This document shows, piece after piece, positions 16,917-24,208 of a stretch of 27,005 nucleotides of DNA. Source of the DNA: a virus (Duplodnaviria; Caudoviricetes); the IMG/VR virus record IMGVR_UViG_3300037484_000265, positions 1 through 27,005 of that record; one strand, given 5' to 3'. The notes beneath the pieces were generated by a model that was not told where the DNA came from, searched no databases, and worked only from the letters and a program-made list of their open reading frames with translations. A program made the translations under genes and the position numbers. The first letter of the stretch is position 1. Each line of letters begins with the position of its first letter.

Positions 16917-17860
16917 GTCGTCAATTCTTTTTGAGTTGAAATTTTATGATTTATATGATCGTAATAGGTCAGATCCTTTATTGCCCATGCCGGAAGCTTG
17001 AGTTCCAGGATTCCGTATTTATTCTCACAGAAAACCTGATAACCCGGCCAGATATTATTGTCGATACAGTATTTGTAAAGCTGTAAAAGCATTTCATATT
17101 CATAACGACCCTGAGAAATGAATTGAGGTGAACATTCAAAAAGATTGAAGGCATACGGTTTTCTTTTTTCCTGAGCAATAAAGACAAAAGTTATTGGTCG
17201 CTGATCATTGAAAAACAACTCCAGCATATCAGTGTAAAAGGCTGCTTGAATATGGTAATCATATTCTCCACATTCCCTTGCAAAGCCTTTTTCAGAAGCG
17301 TCCTTTGTTGTTTTCAGTTCCATGATTAAATGTTTAATATCCTTCCGGTAATCAGTAATAAGCTTAATCCCTATCTTCCCGACTTCGGTTTCAAGTTCTC
17401 CTAATATTCCCCGTTCAGCAACTCCGTTAGTAAGTAACATTTTTGCATAGAAATGAGAGAATAGCTTTTCCTTCATACCTTTCATTCTATCGAAATCTTT
17501 CTTATCAATGATTTCTTTATTATCCATAAGCTTTTCCTCTCCGGCAAGCCATATTTTATAATCTTTGGTTGCCCTCGGTTTCTCAACTCCTTTTGCGATA
17601 AGTGCACCGTAAACAATACTATCATCGAATACATAATATCTTTTTTCAAATTCATCAGGTTCGAGTACGTAACAATGATATTGCTTACCAAATACTTTCT
17701 CAGGAGTTTCGACATAAGGTTCGCCGTTCCTGTAATGATCCGGGGATTCTTTAATCCTGACAAGTCCTGATTTAGAAATATAATCTTTACAGGATTTCCA
17801 TTCCTCGGTTCCTCTTTGGCATTCCCGGAGACTGGCTGATTTTATGAAGTCGCTTGTCAT
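16913..17860 (-). CDS. PD-(D/E)XK exonuclease, RecE/ExoVIII-like (DUF3799)
   Basis: ISKSGL..I..SP.HY, FG..YH..VLEP..F, ELKTT.DAS, Y.YHIQAAFY. Adjacent to recT. Confidence 0.85.
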   Translation of the reverse strand: MTSDFIKSASLRECQRGTEEWKSCKDYISKSGLVRIKESPDHYRNGEPYVETPEKVFGKQYHCYVLEPDEFEKRYYVFDDSIVYGALIAKGVEKPRATKDYKIWLAGEEKLMDNKEIIDKKDFDRMKGMKEKLFSHFYAKMLLTNGVAERGILGELETEVGKIGIKLITDYRKDIKHLIMELKTTKDASEKGFARECGEYDYHIQAAFYTDMLELFFNDQRPITFVFIAQEKRKPYAFNLFECSPQFISQGRYEYEMLLQLYKYCIDNNIWPGYQVFCENKYGILELKLPAWAIKDLTYYDHINHKISTQKELTT

Positions 17861-17863
17861 AGT

Positions 17864-18082
17864 CTATCTTTTACTCTTTGATTTATAAGGATAATGATTC
17901 AGTTTTAGCTTAAAGAATGTGAAATTTCCGAATTGAAACGGCTTTGTTTCTTTGAGATTGTAAGTCACGGTCCGGTACAAGTGGTAAAGGTTAGCGGACT
18001 TGAGTGCCCAAACCAGGGATGTGAAGGGTTCTATTGCCCTCCCTGATTGCTTAATTTCTTCTTTCAGGTAAATGTATTTCAT
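17864..18082 (-). CDS. Hypothetical protein
   Basis: 72 aa ORF in operon orientation. Confidence 0.6.
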   Translation of the reverse strand: MKYIYLKEEIKQSGRAIEPFTSLVWALKSANLYHLYRTVTYNLKETKPFQFGNFTFFKLKLNHYPYKSKSKR

Positions 18083-18104
18083 GGTGCTAAGGTAATTAAT
18101 ATGA

Positions 18105-18314
18105 TTAAGTATTGCTAATATTATGCGCTTTATTTTGCAGCCAGATATCTTTTTCAGCCCGGCAGGCGTGTAGGGAATTTCTTACCGTTGTGAATAGTTC
18201 TCCGTCTATTGCCCGGTATTCATATTGGAACGCCCCGCCGGAATCGTATTTGAAAAACTGGTACTGTTCTTTACCAGGGAGACAGTTTGAAGAATCATCA
18301 AAGTCTGTATTCAT
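18105..18314 (-). CDS. DUF3873-like protein
   Basis: C.PG.EQY..F...QYEYR..DGELF......L..CR...D.WL matches the recalled Bacteroides family pattern. Confidence 0.7.
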   Translation of the reverse strand: MNTDFDDSSNCLPGKEQYQFFKYDSGGAFQYEYRAIDGELFTTVRNSLHACRAEKDIWLQNKAHNISNT

Positions 18315-18370
18315 CTCTTCTCGTTTAAATATGTTTCGTAATGACTTTAGCGGGGATTAATGCTGTGAAA

Positions 18371-18613
18371 TTACGGCATATCAGGAAGTTTCTTTTTGTG
18401 TTCAACCTGCCATTTTTCCATTGCGCTAGCGTGCCTCATGACTATTTCGGCCATTATTCCGCTACCGCCTCTGGAAAGCAGACCAATAGCCCATTGTCTT
18501 AATAATTCAGGGGCTAATACATCTTGTCCTCTTAAAAGGAATACGGGTTCATCATCTGGAATTAATTCATCAGGGTCTTGAATCCGGTCATAATCTTTTC
18601 TTGCATGTCTCAT
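18371..18613 (-). CDS. Conserved hypothetical phage protein
   Basis: IPDDEPVFLLRGQD.LAP....W motif, recalled as common in phages. Confidence 0.7.
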   Translation of the reverse strand: MRHARKDYDRIQDPDELIPDDEPVFLLRGQDVLAPELLRQWAIGLLSRGGSGIMAEIVMRHASAMEKWQVEHKKKLPDMP

Positions 18614-18659
18614 TGTCTTAATTGTTTTTAGTTAATAAATATCTCTCGTAATGTAATTT

Positions 18660-18995
18660 TCATATCATTTTACTTTTTAAATATGTTTCATAATCAAATT
18701 TAGCTTTCTCATCCATTCTCTTGAATCCCAGCCTGCACTTTGTCTCCTTTATCCCATTGTACCAGTTCCAGCCAAACATCACATTGATTGTCAGCAACCG
18801 GTTTTTAATCCTTCTGATCTTTGCATAGCCGTAATAGAATCGTGAATTCCCCTTATGCGTTATAAAGGTCATCAGCTTTTTACCTTCATGCGTGGTCTGC
18901 CATTCCTCTATACCGTCAATAGCGTGAAAAGGATACAATAAATGTCCGTCTTTAACTTTGATTTCGGGCATAATGAGAAGTGGTAAATTATTCAT
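18660..18995 (-). CDS. Hypothetical protein
   Basis: 111 aa, ATGA-coupled. Confidence 0.7.
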   Translation of the reverse strand: MNNLPLLIMPEIKVKDGHLLYPFHAIDGIEEWQTTHEGKKLMTFITHKGNSRFYYGYAKIRRIKNRLLTINVMFGWNWYNGIKETKCRLGFKRMDEKAKFDYETYLKSKMI

Positions 18996-19393
18996 TTTAT
19001 TTTCAATAATATTTCAAATGCTATAATATCAAGTATTCCTTTATTGTCAGGATGTGGATCATGAATAATTCCGTTTTTCCATACAACTGAATGATTGACT
19101 CTTTTCTCAATTGTACTTCTCGGACTTTTTCCGACAGCAATTATATATCCGTCAGTATCTGGTGCTAAAAGTGATGTTCTATCCGTATTCTCAATTGTGT
19201 AGCCAATCCATAAATAACCTAATGAATGTAACACCTGAAATATTTTAGGATAATAATCACTCCAATCATCTATGATATTCGGTGCTGGAAATAGTTCAAT
19301 ATCACATTCTAAAATAGATGCAAGACAAGCCCTCCAACAATCTCCGGCCTGCTCATCAGGTATGTGTAAATATTTTTGTTTAACTGGTATCAT
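18992..19393 (-). CDS. Papain/C39-like cysteine peptidase-fold protein
   Basis: Q...GDCWRACLASIL, NHSVV and HDPHP give a Cys-His-Asp order. Confidence 0.55.
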   Translation of the reverse strand: MIPVKQKYLHIPDEQAGDCWRACLASILECDIELFPAPNIIDDWSDYYPKIFQVLHSLGYLWIGYTIENTDRTSLLAPDTDGYIIAVGKSPRSTIEKRVNHSVVWKNGIIHDPHPDNKGILDIIAFEILLKIK

Positions 19394-19872
19394 TCCGCAA
19401 CCTTTAAAGTTCCTTCCATATACTTCCCTTCCCTAAACCACTCATTGAAGCCTGTGAAAGCGTTTCTCCATGCAGCCCAACAGAAGCAGAGATAGAGATA
19501 TTGAAGTTTCATTTTAAGAGGTAAATTATATGGTTCAACAGGTGCAAACATTTCTATAACTCCGAGAAATTCTCCGAACCACTTTTCTTTCAACTTCCGC
19601 TTATACCAATCCGGCCCGGCAAATTGATCATGCAACCCCGTCAGAAACCAGAACAGCAGGAAATACGGATGAATGAGATTACGTTTCTTAACACACGGCT
19701 TGAGCACGTAAATATGATTCACTTCATCTTCATAAACCCTTGCATTCATAAACCTGATGATCTGGTGCCGGAGCGGGAACACAAGAGTAGGATAAAGGAT
19801 CAAACCAATAGCTCTGCCAATGATTTCAATCAGCAGCAGGAATAGATAGAGTAGAATGTTTTTGAGTGTCAT
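19390..19872 (-). CDS. Hypothetical membrane protein
   Basis: Hydrophobic N-terminus, WAAWRNA motif, ATGA-coupled. Confidence 0.65.
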   Translation of the reverse strand: MTLKNILLYLFLLLIEIIGRAIGLILYPTLVFPLRHQIIRFMNARVYEDEVNHIYVLKPCVKKRNLIHPYFLLFWFLTGLHDQFAGPDWYKRKLKEKWFGEFLGVIEMFAPVEPYNLPLKMKLQYLYLCFCWAAWRNAFTGFNEWFREGKYMEGTLKVAE

Positions 19873-20033
19873 GGGTTAGTAGGTTGGTTTATTGCACTCA
19901 GTGATTCAATAAATTTCACTATTGTTTCAGCACATTGCGCGTCATCATCTCTTTCTCCAAGAGGATAGAAGTTACTTTGTAATATTTTAAGTACTTCATT
20001 ATACAAATAAGTGTGCATTTCTTCTTTTTCCAT
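19869..20033 (-). CDS. Small hypothetical protein (54 aa)
   Basis: MEKKEMHTYLYNEVLKIL...QPTNP. ATGA overlap downstream. Confidence 0.6.
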   Translation of the reverse strand: MEKEEMHTYLYNEVLKILQSNFYPLGERDDDAQCAETIVKFIESLSAINQPTNP

Positions 20034-20043
20034 AGCTTATTGT

Positions 20044-20205
20044 TTAGATTAAACCTTGTTGTTTCATAAGTTTCTCAAAGTCCTTAAGAGTTGATTCTTT
20101 TCGCGGACTTCTTCGATCCTTTTCTCTTTCGTGTTTTTTCCGATTAAGAGTTCTGTGTAGTGTTCTGTTATGTAACTTATTCTTCTTTTTACTTTTGTAT
20201 GCCAT
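20044..20205 (-). CDS. Small very basic protein (53 aa)
   Basis: MAYKSKKKNKLHNRTLHRTLNRKKHEREKDRRSPRK...GLI fills the gap. Confidence 0.5.
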   Translation of the reverse strand: MAYKSKKKNKLHNRTLHRTLNRKKHEREKDRRSPRKESTLKDFEKLMKQQGLI

Positions 20206-20210
20206 GACTT

Positions 20211-20384
20211 TTATAGTTTATATTTTTTACTCCACTTTTTAAGTGCCTTTCTCAACTCTTTGGCAGGCGAGCCGAAACGGGATATCTTCCCTTTAAGATG
20301 AATAACTATCTTATGCCTGTCATCCCTGCACATACGCAACTCAGAATCAGAACGGATGAATGTTATTGAATGTATTTTTGTCAT
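20211..20384 (-). CDS. Small hypothetical protein (57 aa)
   Basis: MTKIHSITFIRSDSELRMC...KKYKL. ATGA overlap upstream. Confidence 0.55.
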   Translation of the reverse strand: MTKIHSITFIRSDSELRMCRDDRHKIVIHLKGKISRFGSPAKELRKALKKWSKKYKL

Positions 20385-20557
20385 TGTTCGACTATTTCAG
20401 CATCGTCATAATCTACTGTTCTCAAAATTGTCCGGTAATTCCTGAGGACAAAACACATTTTATCAGCAGTCCGTAGTTGTTTTACAAGGTATGTTTTGCC
20501 TATCCGTGATTCGTACCACTTACCTTTGCCTGAGATTATTTTTATCCGCATCTTCAT
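20381..20557 (-). CDS. Small hypothetical protein (58 aa, possible SH3-like beta barrel)
   Basis: MKMRIKIISGKGKWYESRIGKTYLV...VDYDDAEIVEQ. ATGA overlaps at both ends. Confidence 0.65.
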   Translation of the reverse strand: MKMRIKIISGKGKWYESRIGKTYLVKQLRTADKMCFVLRNYRTILRTVDYDDAEIVEQ

Positions 20558-21300
20558 TGTTTAGATTGTGATTTAAAGTCCCTTGCCCACTGAGCACCCT
20601 CCTGCCTTCTAGAATTATCTCTTTGAACTACTCTTACAACAGAATTTGGTTCATCTGGGTATACTCTATTATTAAATTTCTCACTTATATTTTTTATATT
20701 TGTAGGAAATTTTCTTTCTATCTCTTCGTCACTCGGATGCTCTGCGAATTGTTCCGGGAGAGGTAGATCAGAAGCATGAATTATTTGATATATTTCAATC
20801 ATAGATTCATTTAATGCACGTACCTGATCGTGATCATAATTATACATATTAAGTTCCTGAAAATCATCCACTATCTGTTGTATCATGGAAATTGTTCCTT
20901 CCATACTTTCAACTTTCCGTGAATCCATCTGTTTGCCTTTGTATTGTCGAGAATGTCCAACCCCTTTAACTATGCCATTAAAATAGCCGTTCATGTATTC
21001 AGATAATCCCTCAGCATTAAAATCAGGATGTTCACGTACCAATGCTTCTGCTATTTCTTCTTCCCCCCTCTGAGGCTCGGAAGTCCATTTATCTCTGCCG
21101 TAATTATCATCGCCGGGGCCATAAATGTCATTGTGAGGATCACGTTTCGGACGAGGCTCGGACTGCAAGGCAGCGAGTTCGGATTCAAGTTGTTTAGTTC
21201 TCTCATGCCATTCCACTAATTTATCATTAGCCTGATATTCAAATGCTTTTAAAGCATGTTTAATCAATTCAGCCTGTTTCTGTTCAAGTTTACTGCTCAT
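20554..21300 (-). CDS. Hypothetical mosaic early protein
   Basis: 248 aa with N-terminal coiled coil and two EEEI...G...G/GAQW modules. Confidence 0.75.
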   Translation of the reverse strand: MSSKLEQKQAELIKHALKAFEYQANDKLVEWHERTKQLESELAALQSEPRPKRDPHNDIYGPGDDNYGRDKWTSEPQRGEEEIAEALVREHPDFNAEGLSEYMNGYFNGIVKGVGHSRQYKGKQMDSRKVESMEGTISMIQQIVDDFQELNMYNYDHDQVRALNESMIEIYQIIHASDLPLPEQFAEHPSDEEIERKFPTNIKNISEKFNNRVYPDEPNSVVRVVQRDNSRRQEGAQWARDFKSQSKQ

Positions 21301-21542
21301 AGCGTTTCAATTTCTTTAGTGAGTGATTCGATCTTTTGACGAATATCAGATGCAATATATGGCCTGCCTAATATTTCAAGTAATCCTCTGTAATCTTCTA
21401 ACAACTTACCCTGTTCCTTTATCAGTTCATCCCGCTTTTCAATGAGCGGGAGAAGGTCGGAGGCAGCTACTAAGATAATAGGCATATCGCCTTTTTCTTT
21501 ATAAAAATGTTCTTTAAGTATTTCAATGATTTTGTCTCTCAT
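21297..21542 (-). CDS. Hypothetical coiled-coil protein
   Basis: 81 aa, ATGA overlaps at both ends. Confidence 0.7.
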   Translation of the reverse strand: MRDKIIEILKEHFYKEKGDMPIILVAASDLLPLIEKRDELIKEQGKLLEDYRGLLEILGRPYIASDIRQKIESLTKEIETL

Positions 21543-21670
21543 ATCCTTACAATTTCTTTCGTTACCTCAACTAATCCGGCCCCTTTACAAGCCGGACAAA
21601 CATCAAGTTCATCAGCCTCAACAATCCCCTCCCCTTTACACCTGGGGCATTCTTTGAGACCTTCGGTCAT
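21539..21670 (-). CDS. DnaJ-type zinc-finger microprotein (43 aa, not in ORF track)
   Basis: MTEGLKE-CPRCKGEG-IVEADELDV-CPACKGAG-LVEVTKEIVRI has two CxxCxGxG motifs. ATGA overlap. Confidence 0.8.
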   Translation of the reverse strand: MTEGLKECPRCKGEGIVEADELDVCPACKGAGLVEVTKEIVRI

Positions 21671-21677
21671 AGTGAAA

Positions 21678-22151
21678 TTATCTTGCTGCATCGAGATATA
21701 TTTTATCAGCTAACGCCTTACAATATCCCGACAGGACCGTAACTGTTTCTATGGTGGTTACTTCCTTAGTAAAGACCTCACAGGACTCACTATTAGTCGC
21801 TATGATCTCTATTCTTACTGCCAACATTAAATCATAGTAGACTTTATAGCCAGGCATCCAAACAGTCAGCGTGGCGTGAAGTTCTTTTTTTGATATTGAC
21901 TTCTTAGGTTCCACCTGAAGGGCTGATGAAAGCTTCGTTAAAAGCTTATCGAACCGGTCAGCCGTTAACGCTTCTCCTACCGGGGAAATTCTTATATCGC
22001 CCCTGTAATGATCAGTTTCAATCTTCCATTGCTTGGGAATAAGATCGGCAATATTATCCGATACCATTTTACCATAGAAAATCTGCTTTACGCATTGTTT
22101 CAGGTCCTGTTTAATCTTCATGTAAGAATCCAAATAATCTGTTGTTTTCAT
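21678..22151 (-). CDS. Hypothetical protein
   Basis: 157 aa, preceded by AAAAAAGCGACAC motif. Confidence 0.75.
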   Translation of the reverse strand: MKTTDYLDSYMKIKQDLKQCVKQIFYGKMVSDNIADLIPKQWKIETDHYRGDIRISPVGEALTADRFDKLLTKLSSALQVEPKKSISKKELHATLTVWMPGYKVYYDLMLAVRIEIIATNSESCEVFTKEVTTIETVTVLSGYCKALADKIYLDAAR

Positions 22152-22166
22152 GTGTCGCTTTTTTAA

Positions 22167-22445
22167 TTATTTCATATAAAATTCATCATTCGATAAATCG
22201 TAGTAGACTTTGAAAACATGGCCTTCCTCACATTGATACCAGCCCGGTTCATCAAGGTCTTGAAGGTTCTTGTAACTGTGCGGTGATGTCCAGTCCTCGC
22301 CCATGAAAAAGCCCGTTTCGTGCTGTAAAGTATTCGATCCGCAGTCCGGGCAAATACCTTCAGGTTTCTTCTCCTGAATCTGGGCAGCCCGAACCATTAC
22401 TGCAGTACAGGCTATATCGAAAATGCTTTTACCCTGTGGTGTCAT
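22167..22445 (-). CDS. Zinc-ribbon protein
   Basis: CPDCGS and WYQCEEGHVF knuckles. Confidence 0.7.
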   Translation of the reverse strand: MTPQGKSIFDIACTAVMVRAAQIQEKKPEGICPDCGSNTLQHETGFFMGEDWTSPHSYKNLQDLDEPGWYQCEEGHVFKVYYDLSNDEFYMK

Positions 22446-22600
22446 AGTTGTATATTTAATTGAATTTTCAACGATGCAATTTCGCCCTCAACTTTGCTGA
22501 TCAGTTCCATTTCACTTGGTGGAATACGACCTAAATTAAACCAGTACAATTTTATCAGTTCATCATACTTGTCTATCAATTCCTTTGTTAGCTTATCCAT
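22442..22600 (-). CDS. Small coiled-coil protein (52 aa)
   Basis: MDKLTKELIDKYDELIKLY...VEGEIASLKIQLNIQL. ATGA overlap. Confidence 0.65.
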   Translation of the reverse strand: MDKLTKELIDKYDELIKLYWFNLGRIPPSEMELISKVEGEIASLKIQLNIQL

Positions 22601-22611
22601 TTACCTGTAAG

Positions 22612-22710
22612 TTAGTAAATAAATACTGCATAAATAATGATTGTGAGCCAGAGAATGAACGCGAGCTCTACAACATAGTGTAAATTCTGAATCTTTAAAA
22701 TCTTTTTCAT
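22612..22710 (-). CDS. Single-TM microprotein (32 aa)
   Basis: MKKILKIQNLHYVVELAFILWLTIIIYAVFIY, preceded by AAAAGCGACAAAAC motif. Confidence 0.55.
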   Translation of the reverse strand: MKKILKIQNLHYVVELAFILWLTIIIYAVFIY

Positions 22711-22723
22711 CGTTTTGTCGCTT

Positions 22724-22912
22724 TTAGTTTAATTCAACATCTTCCCCTTTTATTAAAGTATCAATAATTTCTGATGCTTCAGCTATTGATAGCCTTTTCA
22801 TAATCTGACTATTGTTATGAATAGTCGAAAATCCATTAAATGATCTCATCAATTCGATTTGTTTGTAGGTACACGGAACTGATGTTTTCTGAAATTTCAA
22901 TATTGTTTTCAT
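22724..22912 (-). CDS. Hypothetical protein, first gene of leftward operon
   Basis: 62 aa with T.KQ...LS..EAS.IID.L pattern, directly downstream of a promoter. Confidence 0.7.
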   Translation of the reverse strand: MKTILKFQKTSVPCTYKQIELMRSFNGFSTIHNNSQIMKRLSIAEASEIIDTLIKGEDVELN

Positions 22913-22933
22913 TTTGTCGCTTTTAATTCATGG

Positions 22934-22964
22934 TAAAGATAAGCATTATTTTAATATCTGCAAA
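22934..22964 (-). promoter_or_regulatory. Leftward (early) Bacteroidota-type promoter
   Basis: TTTG (22964-22961), 19-nt spacer, TATCTTTA (22941-22934), one mismatch to TAnnTTTG. Confidence 0.7.
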
Positions 22965-23020
22965 CATTTAGGTAAATAATTACAGGGAAAGTGTTATTTA
23001 TATCTGTTATTAATAAGCAA

Positions 23021-23052
23021 TTTCTTGTTATCCGGAATAAAGCATACCTTTG
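23021..23052 (+). promoter_or_regulatory. Rightward promoter of packaging/late operon
   Basis: TACCTTTG (23045-23052) is a perfect -7 element 17 nt before ATG 23070; -33 is weak. Confidence 0.65.
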
Positions 23053-23069
23053 AAGTCTAATTCCCCGCC

Positions 23070-23603
23070 ATGCAGCAGATAGTCATCCCGCTTTCAAAGC
23101 TCCAGGTTAACGCAGGTCAGGTGAAAGGGCTGCCGAAAAACCCCCGCCTGATCAAGGATGAGCGTTACCACAGGCTTTTGCAGTCAATAAAAGATGATCC
23201 CGAAATGCTCGAACTCCGTGAGTTGATCGTTTTTCCTCAGAACGGTTCTTTCGTTATCATTGCCGGTAACATGCGCTTCCGTGTCCTGAAGGAACTCAAC
23301 TACAAAGAAGCACCCTGTAAGATACTTGATGCCAAAACGCCGGTTGAAAAGCTCAAAGCGTACACTATAAAGGATAATGTTTCCTTCGGGGAGAACTCAT
23401 GGGATGACCTTGCAAACGAGTGGGATCAGGATCAGCTAATTGAATGGGGGGTGGAGATACCTGACTTTGCCTTTAAACAGGAGGCAACTGAAGACGATTA
23501 TGAGATACCTGATGAGATTGAAACGGATATTATTCTGGGCGACTTGTTTGAGATTGGAAATTATATCTATTGCCCTAAATGTAAGAAAAAACATTATGTA
23601 TGA
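23070..23603 (+). CDS. ParB/Srx N-terminal domain protein, N-terminal half of split ParB-MTase
   Basis: PKNPR.I...L..SI...P.ML..R, IIAGNMR, IKDN...GE..W..L...W, then linker EDDY...IILGDLFEIG, then YIYCPKCKKKHYV-stop. Confidence 0.88.
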   Translation: MQQIVIPLSKLQVNAGQVKGLPKNPRLIKDERYHRLLQSIKDDPEMLELRELIVFPQNGSFVIIAGNMRFRVLKELNYKEAPCKILDAKTPVEKLKAYTIKDNVSFGENSWDDLANEWDQDQLIEWGVEIPDFAFKQEATEDDYEIPDEIETDIILGDLFEIGNYIYCPKCKKKHYV

Positions 23604-24208
23604 TTTGTAAGGTTTGTCATATAGAATTTAAAGAAACTCATTTTAATCAAAAATGCTGTTCTGATGAATGCAAACATCAGGCAAAAAGAAATACACAGGA
23701 TAAATATAAAAAGAGCGAGAAGGGTAAATCTTCATATCAAAGATGGTGTAAGAATCCAGTAAAAAAAGAGATAGATAAAAAATATATGCAGACTGAAAAG
23801 GCAAAGAAGAAAGCAGTAATCAGATCAACACGGGCATTAAAAAATAATCAATCACTACAAGAAAAAAAGCGAATTAGAGATAGGTTATTTGCAAAAACGG
23901 AATACGGTAGGGAATTAAATAATAATGCAAAAAGAAAATATGCACATACAGAGAAGGGGAGAACAATCATGCTTCAATGTAAATATAGAAGACGTAATTA
24001 TTCGGCTGGAAAGTTTGACATGGAGGCATGGAAAGAAAAACTTGAATCACTACATTACAAATGTCAGATGTGTGGAACTGACGAAAGAATAACCATTGAT
24101 CATATCATCCCATTATCAAAAGGAGGCACAAATCATATTGATAATTTACAACCACTTTGCCATAGTTGTAATTCATCAAAGAACAATAAATTAATGGTAG
24201 CAGTATGA
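23600..24208 (+). CDS. HNH (putative homing) endonuclease with N-terminal zinc finger
   Basis: CKVC...CCSDEC, then CQMCG...TIDHIIPLSKGG.N...NLQPLCHSCN..K. A-rich, with ATGA overlaps at both ends. Confidence 0.9.
   Translation: MICKVCHIEFKETHFNQKCCSDECKHQAKRNTQDKYKKSEKGKSSYQRWCKNPVKKEIDKKYMQTEKAKKKAVIRSTRALKNNQSLQEKKRIRDRLFAKTEYGRELNNNAKRKYAHTEKGRTIMLQCKYRRRNYSAGKFDMEAWKEKLESLHYKCQMCGTDERITIDHIIPLSKGGTNHIDNLQPLCHSCNSSKNNKLMVAV

Noticed and set aside
17849-17855. Extra AAGCGAC motif just inside the exonuclease start
   Set aside because: Only 7 nt within coding sequence, which is expected by chance.
23600-24208. HNH as an HK97 gp74-like terminase cofactor
   Set aside because: It interrupts a conserved MTase motif, carries extra DNA-binding modules, and the terminase looks PBSX/SPP1-like rather than cos-type. 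Not fully excluded.
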